NCBI GenBank assembly: GCA_938036655.1
Contig: CALHQS010000055.1
Coordinates: forward strand, 1 to 43,995
Length of the DNA: 43,995 nt
Direction: 5' to 3'
Origin: an uncultured Candidatus Altimarinota bacterium
GTDB taxonomy: Bacteria; Patescibacteriota; Gracilibacteria; BD1-5; UBA2023
In this document: positions 27,818-37,500 of the stretch, in pieces
How the letters are laid out: each line of letters starts with the position of its first letter
Position numbering within the stretch: the stretch's first letter is position 1
Position numbers and translations under genes: made by a program
Notes under the pieces: model-generated
The model's database searches: none
What the model was told of the DNA's origin: nothing
Seen by the model: only the letters and a program-made list of their open reading frames with translations

Positions 27818-28438
27818 TTATTTAATAAATTTGAAAAGAGTTTCGTTGGAAAGGCGGAATTTGGGGTATGGAGTTTCTGTTTCTGCGCGGTATCCAATCG
27901 GTAAAAGTGCCACAGGAACTTCATTTTCTGGAAGTCCAAGAATTTCCTGGTATGCTTTCGGGTCAAATCCAGACATCGGACAAGAGTCAATCTCAAGTTC
28001 AGCAGCAGCCGCGAGCCCAAATCCAAGTCCAATATATGCTTGTTCGGAAGCTAAACGAAAATGTTCAGAGTCTGGTATATTGCCAAAAAAATTATTCACA
28101 GAATCTTCGTAACCCTTGAGTGCGGCGCGTTTCTCCGCATTACCACCAGACAATTCTTCAAAAAATTCATCAGACATTTTTTTCAAATCAGTGTTCGCGA
28201 CAAATACCAAAAGTTCAGACGAAGTATCGATTTGATCCTGATTCCAAGAGGCAGTCTTGAGCTTTGCACGCAATTCATCGTTAGAAATCACGAGTACACG
28301 GAACGGCATTACACCAAACCCCGTTGGAGTTTTTCGGATTGCTTCAAGAATTTTAGCCAAATTTTCAGGAGAAATTTTTTTTGAAGAGTCAAATTTCTTG
28401 GTTGCATAACGCCAATCAAGTTTTTCAAGAAACGACAT
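27818..28438 (-). CDS. Nitroreductase-family NAD(P)H-flavin oxidoreductase
   Basis: 206 aa. LDWRYATKKFD...KILEAIRKTPTGFGVMPFRVLVI...SWNQDQI is the typical family N-terminus. Confidence 0.8.
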   Translation of the reverse strand: MSFLEKLDWRYATKKFDSSKKISPENLAKILEAIRKTPTGFGVMPFRVLVISNDELRAKLKTASWNQDQIDTSSELLVFVANTDLKKMSDEFFEELSGGNAEKRAALKGYEDSVNNFFGNIPDSEHFRLASEQAYIGLGFGLAAAAELEIDSCPMSGFDPKAYQEILGLPENEVPVALLPIGYRAETETPYPKFRLSNETLFKFIK

Positions 28439-28531
28439 AATTTTGATTTAAAAAGTAAAGTATTTTCAGTATATATTTTTCATATCAAAAGTCAAAAATT
28501 TTTCACAAAATAAAATCCCCTTTCAGGAATT

Positions 28532-29092
28532 TTATTCAGCAGAATCTTCATTCTCTACAAAATTTTCTGGATACTCTTTTGCATAATCTTCAATACGCCA
28601 AATTTTTTTCTTGATAATTGTTTTGCTTCCACCGCGAGATCGCACTGTGATAGAATCTGGAGTTGTTTCATCAAGCCCAAAATTCCATTCTGGTGCCATA
28701 TACAACTGCCCTTCAATCAATCGGTCTTCCAAATTTGTCGTCCCACCATATGGAATATATTCAAGTACATAATAATCCAAAGTTGGGTTCAAAATCGCAC
28801 TTTTTCCAAAATATGAAAGAGCCGTATCAATGCTGTATTTTTTATCAAATTTTCCAACACTCTCGCCATTCACAAAAACTTCGTGTTCACCATCAGCAAT
28901 TTTTTGCTTTACAGAAGCCTTGGCAGCAACCTTAAATTCTTCACCAGAATCAATTTTTACAGAAATTTCCGCGTCCGTTGGATTGTCCACAATCACCGTG
29001 TTAAACTGAAATTTTGTATAAAAATATGCAGCCCCAGCAACGATGGCAACTACGACAAACGCCATCAAGATACGCATCAAAAGATTTTTCAT
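28532..29092 (-). CDS. Membrane-anchored hypothetical protein (186 aa)
   Basis: N-terminal anchor MKNLLMRILMAFVVVAIVAGAAYFY followed by a soluble domain. No family recognised. Confidence 0.6.
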   Translation of the reverse strand: MKNLLMRILMAFVVVAIVAGAAYFYTKFQFNTVIVDNPTDAEISVKIDSGEEFKVAAKASVKQKIADGEHEVFVNGESVGKFDKKYSIDTALSYFGKSAILNPTLDYYVLEYIPYGGTTNLEDRLIEGQLYMAPEWNFGLDETTPDSITVRSRGGSKTIIKKKIWRIEDYAKEYPENFVENEDSAE

Positions 29093-29153
29093 AGAAAAAC
29101 ATTAAGAAAATAATAAAATTATTATATGAAAATTTCGATTTTTGCAAATTTTT

Positions 29154-29945
29154 TTAAAACTCAACTTCAATGAGTATTGGACAATGATCGGAACCATATT
29201 GCTCCGTCAAGTATTCTATATTTTTGGTTGCAGCAAAAATTTGAGATTCGCCCCAAAACGCATCAATCCGCCAACCAATATTTCGCTCACGAGCTTTGGT
29301 TTTCTGATCCCACCAAGAATACATCTCAGTCGTGGGATTTTGTACGCGCCAGATATCTTTCCAATCATTCACCGCACGATCATCAAGCCACGCACGCTCT
29401 GCTGGATGAAATCCGATTTTTCCGTCATTTTCCTTCGGGCGAGACAAATCAATCTCGTTGTGCGCGCAGTTGATATCACCACCCCAAAGTACCAAATGTC
29501 CAGCCTCACGAAGTGCATCCATTTTTTTGGAAAAATTGGCATAAAAAATCAATTTCCCGTCCCAAGCCTCGCTTGATTTTCCTCCATTCGGAAAATAAAT
29601 CCCAAAAATATCAAAAATTTTGTCATCTTTTTCCAGAATCACATGCGAAACGCGCCCTTCATTGGCAGTTGGATCTCACTTAAATCCCGTCTGCACCGAA
29701 TCGACATATTTGCGAATTTCGTTTTTTATCCACACGCCCGTCCCCGCATAACCCGCCTTTTCTGCTGGATTATAAAATGCTTCATAGCCTTCTGGTGCAT
29801 TCAAATATGCCGAAAATTTGTCAGGCGTTCCTTTAATTTCCTGTAAAAAAAGCAAATCAGGATTATATTTTTCTATCAGATTTTGAATCTCGCCTTTTCG
29901 CTCCACAGCGCGGATTCCGTTCACATTCCAAGAAATTATTTTCAT
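29154..29945 (-). CDS. xth: Exodeoxyribonuclease III (Xth/APE1 family)
   Basis: MKIISWNVNGIRA...LFLQEIK...GYAGTGVW...[TGA]...WGGDINCAHNEIDL...GSDHCPI. Two track ORFs are in frame across a sense TGA at 29676-29678. Confidence 0.9.
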
Positions 29946-30018
29946 ATTTTTTAAAAAATTTTGGTGATTATAAGAATTTTTCGCAAAACACAAAATTTTT
30001 ATTTTTTGAAAATCACAC

Positions 30019-30081
30019 AAAAAAACTCCCCGACCAAGGGAGCTTTAAAGCTTTGAACCTTTGATGTTTCCATCGCGGAAC
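30019..30081 (-). ncRNA. Candidate ~60-nt small RNA (orphan promoter-terminator unit)
   Basis: Minus-strand extended -10 TGATATAAT (30088-30096), followed about 45 nt later by the hairpin CUCCC-N7-GGGAG plus U-run (30026-30042). Contains no ORF. Confidence 0.3.
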
Positions 30082-30199
30082 ACTGGCATTATATCAAATT
30101 TTTTGAAATTTCAAGCAAAATCATCAAAAATTCACACTTTTTTCACATTCTTTTTTTATTTTTATTTTTTTCAAAAATACTGCCCAGAGTTTTTAGAAA

Positions 30200-31432
30200 T
30201 TATTTTTTCACGATTTTAATAATTTCGCGGCCAACATTTTGTGATTCTCGACGATACAAAAGCGATCCATTTTTGGTATTGAGTTCCAGTTCACGAGGCA
30301 ACAATGACTCGATTTTAAAGCCATTTTGCTCAACAATTTCTGAAATATTTTCGAGAAAAACATACACATTTTGCACTTTCCAAAACGGAAAACTCATCAC
30401 AATTTCTCCAGAAAATTTGGCACGCGCCAATGATTGGAAAAATTTTTCATACAACCGAGAAATGGCTCTGCGTTCAGAAAAAACGATATCTTGCGTCATT
30501 TCCTCTTTTCGCATAATTCGCCCAAGATACCCCTCAGAAATAATGTTGATATTTTTGGGAATTTTCTCATCAATAAAAGCCCTCTCGATTATCGTCGCAT
30601 CCAGCGGAAATACTTTCGCCACCAGATTGGAAAAATCTTTTTGCGGCACGCCGCCAGCCGCCCTGATTCGTTCTTGCCACCTTTTTTCTTCTGCAACAAA
30701 ATTATGCAAACTTTCTTCAGAATTGGTCACCATTTCACGAGAAATATCACTTCCAAAAACGGTAGTAATTCCGCGATTTACCGCTTCAATGAGCGTCGTC
30801 CCCAGACCACAAAACGGATCATATACACCATTTTTTTGTACATTTTTTGACAAAAAATTGATCATCATTTGCACCAGTTTTGGTGGCATCATCCCCGTGA
30901 TCATATCGCGATTTTTGGCAGTGTCGCGTCGAGAATATGCATCAATATCCTGGCAAGCAAGCGAAAAGCCAAGATAATTTTTTTCAGCAATATGAATCAG
31001 AGAAATCTCGGTTCCAGTTTTTGCTAATTTTTCACGTTTAAAAACCGCTGAATGAATATTTTCATTTTTAACATTCAAAAGTCGCACCGAAAAATTTTTG
31101 GCGAGCGTTTTTTTGACACGCATTCCCACGTCCGCAAGCGGAAATTTGGCGCCAAACGAAGCCAACGCAAAAGAAAATTTGGAATTTTTTTCTTTTTGAG
31201 AAAGGATTTCGATGGCATCGGTCGCAAAACTTTCTAGTGTCATCTCTCTCACAATTTGAATAATGCGCGTCGTTCCACCAAGAGTAAGAATCGCTTTGGA
31301 ATCAAGTTTTTCAAGTTCAAAAATCGCAATTTCTTCATTAAAATCACGCAAATTTGACTGACCAAAAATATGAATCAGTTCCGCGAGTGATAATTTATAT
31401 TCGCGACCGAGAATAAAGGCAAAAAGGATCAT
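30200..31432 (-). CDS. THUMP-like/UPF0020-type RNA (guanine-N2?) methyltransferase
   Basis: 410 aa. SAM-MTase motif VYDPFCGLGTTLIEA, catalytic-region context typical of Trm11/RlmL-like RNA methylases. Confidence 0.65.
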   Translation of the reverse strand: MILFAFILGREYKLSLAELIHIFGQSNLRDFNEEIAIFELEKLDSKAILTLGGTTRIIQIVREMTLESFATDAIEILSQKEKNSKFSFALASFGAKFPLADVGMRVKKTLAKNFSVRLLNVKNENIHSAVFKREKLAKTGTEISLIHIAEKNYLGFSLACQDIDAYSRRDTAKNRDMITGMMPPKLVQMMINFLSKNVQKNGVYDPFCGLGTTLIEAVNRGITTVFGSDISREMVTNSEESLHNFVAEEKRWQERIRAAGGVPQKDFSNLVAKVFPLDATIIERAFIDEKIPKNINIISEGYLGRIMRKEEMTQDIVFSERRAISRLYEKFFQSLARAKFSGEIVMSFPFWKVQNVYVFLENISEIVEQNGFKIESLLPRELELNTKNGSLLYRRESQNVGREIIKIVKK

Positions 31433-31433
31433 A

Positions 31434-32318
31434 TTAGGCTACTACAAGAGGAGAAATAGAATATTCGGAATTTTCACAATATTGAGCAATATTTTCCATA
31501 AAATAATTTGGCAGAGCGCGCTGGATTTTCCCAACAGTAAGGTACGCACCGAGCATCATCGGACCATAATTTTCATGATCAAAAATCGGCAAATCAAGCT
31601 GATTTTTTCCAAATTGTTGATTTTTTTCATTTCCAAAAACCACAAAAAGTTCATTATCATCAGGAATTACGGTCATCGCGTGCTTGATCTGCTCAAAAGT
31701 TGCGACATCGCGCGCCACTTTTCGTCCAAAAAGTTCAATAAATTTGGTTTCAATCATATTTTTGAGCAGTGCAAATTCGTTCGGAATCACTACAAAAAAT
31801 GAAGAAAATCGCGCAAAATCAAAATTTTCCAAATTTTTTTCCAGATTTTGCAAATATTTTTTCACCGCTTCAAGCGAATAATTTTGCGATTCTGATCAAT
31901 AAATATATCCAAAATATGTGGAAGTATTGTATGTGTATGGTTCAGAAATTTTGGGAAAAATGTAGGAATGATCGGCCTTCCCTGATGCCTCAGAATTTGG
32001 CGTGGAAGACATAAGGTGTGCGACCTTTTTGTGCTGGTGTGCGAGGTCTATGAGAATGGGCGCGTGTTTGCTTCCTGATGCAGAAATCACCACAATTTCC
32101 TGAATTTCAGAAAGACCGATTTTATCAGGCGCATCCGATTCACTCGCAAAAAGTGCTGGATTTTTTCGGAATAGGATTTTCCCCGTTTCAATAGCATTTC
32201 CAGAGCCCAAAACGAGCGGAAAACGAAAATTTTCTGTCCGAATCGGCGTGAGATTTTTCTGATTTTGGAAAAAGTCGAGCGTTTTAATGACCGTTGTATC
32301 AAGAAAATCGAGCTGCAT
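31434..32318 (-). CDS. Hypothetical protein with an SIS-like (sugar isomerase) N-terminal domain
   Basis: Track ORFs 31896..32459 (from the internal ATG at 32318) and 31434..31865 are in frame across a sense TGA at 31896-31898. LVLGSGNAIETG and VVISASGSKHAPILIDLA resemble SIS motifs. Confidence 0.5.
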
Positions 32319-32419
32319 AAGAAAAATTAGATTGCCTCTATTATGCTCAAAAAAAGTTTTTTTGCAAAAAATTTTGAAAAATAAAAACTCCGCCACAAGG
32401 GCGAAGAATTGATTTTTCG

Positions 32420-32496
32420 TGGAGCAGGTAATGGGACTCGAACCCACAACGGCCGCCATGGCAAGGCGGTACTCTAGCCAATTGAGCTATACCTGC
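32420..32496 (-). tRNA. tRNA-Gly (anticodon GCC), CCA encoded
   Basis: Minus strand reads GCAGGTATAGCTCAATTGGCTAGAGTACCGCCTTGCCATGGCGGCCGTTGTGGGTTCGAGTCCCATTACCTGCTCCA. Acceptor GCAGGTA/TACCTGC, anticodon stem CCGCC/GGCGG with loop TTGCCAT, T-arm GTGGG-TTCGAGT-CCCAT. Confidence 0.93.
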
Positions 32497-32684
32497 AGAT
32501 GAATTTATTATATAGAAAAATTTTAAAAATCAAGCCATTTTTTCAGTTTATAAAAAATTTTGTTTTTATTGAAAAAATCGTTATAATTTCGCTGTATTCT
32601 CCCTCGCCAGTCCGAACGAGTTTTGAATTTTTTGAAAATTGGTTTGGATAGACGAGAGAATATTTTATTTTTATTGTTATTTTT

Positions 32685-34931
32685 ATGATTCTTTGACTCA
32701 AAGACAAAGACGCTATTTCGCGTCAAATTGTCGAAAAAACATACGAAATTGCCGGCAAGAAAATCACTTTTGAAAGTGGTCGTTTGGCGCTTTTTGCACA
32801 AGGTTCAGCCGTGATTCGTGATGAAAATGGGAATTTTTTGTTGACGACAGCTGGCATTGGCCAGCCAAAAAGTGGCGATTTTTTCCCGCTCACAGTAGAA
32901 TATCAAGAAAAATATTACGCCAGCGGTAAAATCGGTGGAAATCGCTTCCAGAAGCGAGAAGGTCGCCCAAGCGAAGCAGCCATTTTGAATTCTCGATTGA
33001 TCGATCGCCCGATTCGTCCGATGTTTCCAAAAAATACTCGCACCGAAGTGCAGATTATTTCGACGATTATGTCATCTTCTGGTGCATCAGATTTTGGTTT
33101 TTTCGGAATTACTGGTGCGAGTCTTTCGCTTATGCTCGCTGGCGTGAATGATTTTGAAGGACCAATCGCGGGCGTACGAATCGCAGCTGATGAGGCGGGT
33201 AATTTTATTTTTGATCCGACATTTGAAGAACTCGAAAAATCGCATCTCGATTTGACGGTTGCGGGAACGGCCGAGACGATTACGATGGTGGAAAGTCAGG
33301 GCCATGAAGTGGACAATGATCTTATGATTCGTGCGTTTGAATTTGCGCACAAAATTATCGTGGAATTGTGCCACGCACAAAGCGATTTTGTAGCGGAATA
33401 TCAGAAAATTTATGAACTTCCAAAAGTGGAACTTTCGCTTGCAGAAGAAAATACCGAACTCATAGAGATGACTAAAAATTTGGTTTCTCGTGAAATTTTG
33501 GACGCATTTTATGGTCTTGGAAAAACCGAATTTTATGACAAATATAATGAAGTAGTTGCGGATTTTATCAATATCATTGCCGCCAAAAAATTCGAAAATC
33601 TGAACGAAAATGAAACGATTTCGCTCGAAGAAATACTTGAAAAAATTGATCAAAATGCGATTGCGGACGCTCTCAAAGATGCTATCAAAACAGATATGCG
33701 AGCGCGAGTTTTGGAGCAAAAAATTCGCCTTGATGGTCGCACACCAAACGAAGTGCGGCCCGTTCGTGCAAGTACGGGACTTTTACCACGTACACACGGA
33801 TCAGGGCTTTTTGAACGTGGTGTAACGCAAGTACTTTCTGTGACGACGCTTGGTGGGCCGAGTGATATTCAGATTGTGGATGATATGTATGAAGAAGATC
33901 TCAAACGATATGTGCATCACTACAATTTTCCACCATTTTCCGTAGGTGAAGTTCGTCCGCTTCGTGGAGTTGGTCGTCGAGAAGTTGGGCACGGGCGCCT
34001 TGCAGAAAAAGCGCTCGAACCAGTGTTGCCATCAGAATCAGATTTTCCATATATGATTCGCGTTGTTTCTGAAACGACAACTTGTAACGGATCTTCTTCT
34101 ATGGCGTCCGTTTGTGGTTCTACAATGTCGCTCATGGATGCTGGTGTTCCTATCAAGGCGATGGTAGCAGGAGTGGCGATGGGAATGATTTTTGACGAAG
34201 AAACAGGAAAATTCGTGATTTTGTCAGATATTCAGGCGCAGGAAGATTTTTTGGGTGATATGGATTTTAAGGTGGCTCGCACTGAAAAATGAATCACTGC
34301 CCTACAAATGGATTGTAAAATTTCTGGATTGACAATGGAAGTGATTCGTTCGGTATTTAATCAGTCAGTTGAAGCAATTTCGTATATTATGGGTGAAATG
34401 AAAAAGAGTCTTGACGCGCCTCGTCCAGAACTTTCTCCGTATGCGCCATTTTTGCTGGCAATTTTTGTGCCAGAAGACAAAATGCGCGAAGTGATCGGAA
34501 AAGGTGGTGAAACTATTCAAGGAATTGAAAAAAATTTTGGTGTGGAAGTGGACTTGCAAGATGATGGACATTGTACGATTACTGCCAAGACGCAAGAATC
34601 GGGAAAAAAGGCACTCGATTTTATCAAAAATATTTTGAAAGATATTGAGGTTGGCGACGAGTACGAAGGGAAAATTACCAAAATTCTGGATACGGTTGGG
34701 GCGATTGTAGAGCTCGGAAAAGGAAAAGAATGAATGATTCATATTTCCAAATTTGGTGTCAAAGAACGCGTTGAAAATGTAAACAGCGTTGCTAAGATTG
34801 GTGAAATTGTTAAAGTTCGTGTTTACAAAGTAGAAAAAGATAAGAATCGTATTGGTCTAGAAAAAATTGTTCCGGAAGCAGAAAAAACAGAAAAAATCGA
34901 AAATTCAGAACAAACAACAGAAAAAGCATAA
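32685..34931 (+). CDS. pnp: Polyribonucleotide nucleotidyltransferase (PNPase), 748 aa
   Basis: Three sense TGAs (32694, 34290, 34731) join the ORF pieces. FKVARTEK[TGA]ITALQMDCKISG (consensus ..GITALQMD..), a KH domain, then GKGKE[TGA]MIHISKF (S1 domain). Confidence 0.93.
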
Positions 34932-34973
34932 TTTTTATTGACAAAAAAATTATTTAATGTGTATTATACGAGT

Positions 34974-35186
34974 CATCGAGTGTTCGCTTACTTGGTGATG
35001 AGGATTTGGAAATTTTGTGGTTTTAGAGTTTGCCACTGCATGGCCCCGCCTGATGGGAAATTTCCAAGTACTGGTGCGGATGCAAAGCCATAACCGCACG
35101 ACTCCTTACGGGATAATCAGGCACCAAGGATGGATGGACGCCCGCCATCCTCACTCATCTCTCATTGTTGAATGAGAGATTTTTAT
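34974..35186 (+). ncRNA. Unclassified structured RNA, copy a (~210 nt)
   Basis: Promoter TTGACA-N18-TATTAT (34938-34967). Terminator tctctcatt-gttg-aatgagaga plus T-run (35158-35185). Contains no ORF. Shares the blocks CCCgCCTGATGGG and AATCAGGCACCA with copies b and c. Confidence 0.6.
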
Positions 35187-35251
35187 TGTTTCAATTTTTC
35201 AAAAACCTAAAAATTATTTGACAAATAAAAATTTTTATTTAAAATACCGAG

Positions 35252-35536
35252 GCCAATTGGCAGATCGTGCTTAGCCAGCTCGGATTTTTCATGGATATGC
35301 AACAGGATGGAATATTTTGTTTGATATAGGATTAGTGAAACATGCTTTCAGAACGCCCTACTAGAACAAAATTAGTAAATCCACCCTTGCCTAATGGGGG
35401 TTGTGTATCGAGAACATAGCAGGTCGTTCCCTGTGAGTGGTCTCAACCTTTCTCTATTAGAAACAGAATTAGGCACCATGAGGTTTAAAACTGTACCTCT
35501 ACCGATTCACTCCTTCTTTTGAAGGGGTTTTTTTAT
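35252..35536 (+). ncRNA. Unclassified structured RNA, copy b (~285 nt)
   Basis: Promoter TTGACA-N16-TAAAAT (35218-35245). Terminator ctccttc-tttt-gaagggg plus T-run. Blocks CCCTTGCCTAATGGGGG and AATTAGGCACCA. Confidence 0.6.
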
Positions 35537-35594
35537 TTTTCGAAAAATTCTTAAAATTTATTTGATAAATACAGATTTCTATTTACAACACTCT

Positions 35595-35948
35595 AGCCAG
35601 TGAGAAGCAAGGGTTTCGAGTGGTCTTTCATCAATGTTATTGTTTGGCTGGAGGAGTTTATGTTGGATTCGGGACGTGGTTGTGCATGGAACACCCGATA
35701 CAACATGAATGAAATCTGCCCTTGCCAGATGGGGGGGCTCAGCAATGGTTTGTGTGAGTAGCCTGTTCGCCTACAAATACAAACATCCATGTCAGTCAGT
35801 ATCCAAACGACTATCTGGGACCGAACAACAAAATCACGGAGATCATGCAGTGCCTTTCTTGATGGAATTGTTTGAAAAGGTAGAATCTTGGCACGAAAAG
35901 GTTTAACTGCACCTTTTCCAAGTCCTTCTTCGGAAGGGCTTTCTATTT
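35595..35948 (+). ncRNA. Unclassified structured RNA, copy c (~350 nt)
   Basis: Weaker promoter TTGATA-N16-TACAAC (35562-35589). Terminator gtccttc-ttcg-gaagggc plus T-rich tail (35922-35948). Blocks CCCTTGCCAGATGGGGG and AATCTTGGCACGA. The 3' part is about 75% identical to copy b. Confidence 0.55.
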
Positions 35949-36003
35949 GACGAAAAAAAATTTTATATATAATGAGATTGTTTTATTCTTTTTTCAGAAA
36001 AAT

Positions 36004-36726
36004 ATGATTTCAAAAAATATGACGGTTGGGGAAATTGTCGCAAAAAATGTTGCATTCGCCGACATTTTTGAAAAATACGGCATCGATTTTTGTTGTGGTG
36101 GTGATGTTTCTTTTATAGAAATTTGTGAAAAAAATAATCTCGACGCAGAAAAAATCATCGCAGAACTCCAAAATCTTCCCGAAAAACAAAGCGCGGATCA
36201 TAATTTTGAAAATTTTGATTTGGGTGATTTGGCTGATTATATCGTGGATGTACATCACACTTTTGTGCGTGAAAATATTCCACGAATTGACGAATATTTG
36301 AACAAAATTTGTCGCGTGCACGGCGAGAATCATCCAGAACTTTTTGGTGTTTTGGAAAATTATGAAGCCGTTCGCGAGGAACTGCTCGCGCACATGCCAA
36401 AGGAAGAAAATGTGCTTTTCCCATACATTCATCGCCTTGTAGATGCTGAAAAAAATAATATCGCGCCAGCGAAGCCACCATTTGGAACAGTGAAAAATCC
36501 GATTCAGATGATGGAAATGGAGCACGACAATGCGGGCGATGCGACCAAAAATATTCGAAATCTGACGAATAATTTTACACTTCCAGAAGACGCGTGTAAC
36601 TCGTATCGAATCACTTTTGAGCTTTTAGAAAATTTTGAAAAAGATTTGCATGTGCACATTCATTTGGAAAATAATATTTTATTTCCGAAGGCAATCGCGC
36701 TCGAAGAAAAATTGTGGAATGCATAA
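36004..36726 (+). CDS. ric: Iron-sulfur cluster repair di-iron protein (RIC/ScdA/YtfE family)
   Basis: MTVGEIVAKNVAFADIFEKYGIDFCCGG (ScdA_N) followed by a hemerythrin-like domain (HHTFVRE..., HPEL, EENVLFP, MEMEHD, HLENNILFP). Confidence 0.88.
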   Translation: MISKNMTVGEIVAKNVAFADIFEKYGIDFCCGGDVSFIEICEKNNLDAEKIIAELQNLPEKQSADHNFENFDLGDLADYIVDVHHTFVRENIPRIDEYLNKICRVHGENHPELFGVLENYEAVREELLAHMPKEENVLFPYIHRLVDAEKNNIAPAKPPFGTVKNPIQMMEMEHDNAGDATKNIRNLTNNFTLPEDACNSYRITFELLENFEKDLHVHIHLENNILFPKAIALEEKLWNA

Positions 36727-36741
36727 TTTTTCCAAGAAAAA

Positions 36742-36768
36742 ATCTCCGATTTGGAGATTTTATTTTTT
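36742..36768. terminator. Bidirectional terminator atctcc-gattt-ggagat plus T-run
   Basis: Between ric (stop 36726) and the convergent DJ-1-like gene (stop 36773). Confidence 0.65.
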
Positions 36769-36772
36769 GAGT

Positions 36773-37441
36773 TCAGCAATCACTCGCGCGCGCAATCGCT
36801 TTGGAACTAAACGGATTTTGTCCAGTAATAAGGTTTTCATCAATCACAACCTTGGAGCTCATAGGGAAAAATACTTTCTCATAATGCGCGCCATGATTTT
36901 TTAACGCTTGCTCGAGATTGAATGGCACCAATTTTTTGCGTTGTGCAAAAAATTCTTCCAGCCAACTAAATCCTGTAATTTTTTTATCAGCAATCGAATT
37001 TTTACCATTAGAAATCCTCACATTCAGTAATCCGCCAACACCGCGACACACAGCCGAAAGAATTTTCCTTGCTTCATAATGTATTGCAATTATCGCTTGC
37101 AAATCAGTATTTTCAGGGAAATCATACATGGTTCCGTAACCGCCCGAGAGATATATTGCATCAAATTTTTATCACGAAATCTCCGCAAGGCTCGGGGTAT
37201 TTTCAAGAATTTTTCGAAATTTTTCATCATTCCAATATTTTTTGGTTACCGTATCGAGCAATATCGGGCGCAGACTTTCCGACTCAATGGGAACTTTACC
37301 ACTCAAAGGGCTCGCGATGGTCATCTCAATTTTTTCTTGTCTCGCCAAATCATACAAATGCGTAATCTCAGAGGGCCGCAATCCCGTCGGCGTTCCATTA
37401 TCATAAAGCGACTGACTCGTTACAATTCATAAAATTTTCAT
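36773..37441 (-). pseudogene. DJ-1/PfpI (Hsp31-like class I glutamine amidotransferase-like) gene interrupted by an in-frame TAA
   Basis: MKIL[TGA]IVTSQSLYDNGTPTGL...LAEIS[TGA][TAA]KFDAIYLSGGYGTMYDFPEN...LSAVCRGVGGLL. Both halves are in one frame. The TAA at 37169-37171 sits inside the conserved core just before DAIYLSGG. Confidence 0.6.
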
Positions 37442-37471
37442 ACTATTTTGTCAAAATGTAAAAATTACAAA

Positions 37472-37491
37472 AATCCCTGCATTTGAGGGAT
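37472..37491 (-). terminator. lysS terminator atccct-N7-agggat with a T-run on the minus strand
   Basis: Hairpin 10 nt beyond the lysS TAA (37501-37503). Confidence 0.65.
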
Positions 37492-37500
37492 TTTTCGTTT

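Noticed and set aside
34972-35186. Cobalamin riboswitch, because copy a contains GCCACTG (B12-box-like).
   Set aside because: The other conserved cobalamin-riboswitch elements are absent. No gene follows before the terminator and the next promoter, and the motif is missing from the homologous copies b and c.
35595-35948. RNase P RNA, tmRNA, SRP RNA or 6S RNA as the identity of the 350-nt and neighbouring RNAs.
   Set aside because: There is no GAGGAAAGUCC / ACAGAAxxCGGCUUA (RNase P) and no tRNA-like CCA end or tag ORF (tmRNA). There is no GGAA-tetraloop/AGCA SRP domain IV and no 6S-like extended hairpin. In addition, the three RNAs are paralogs of each other.
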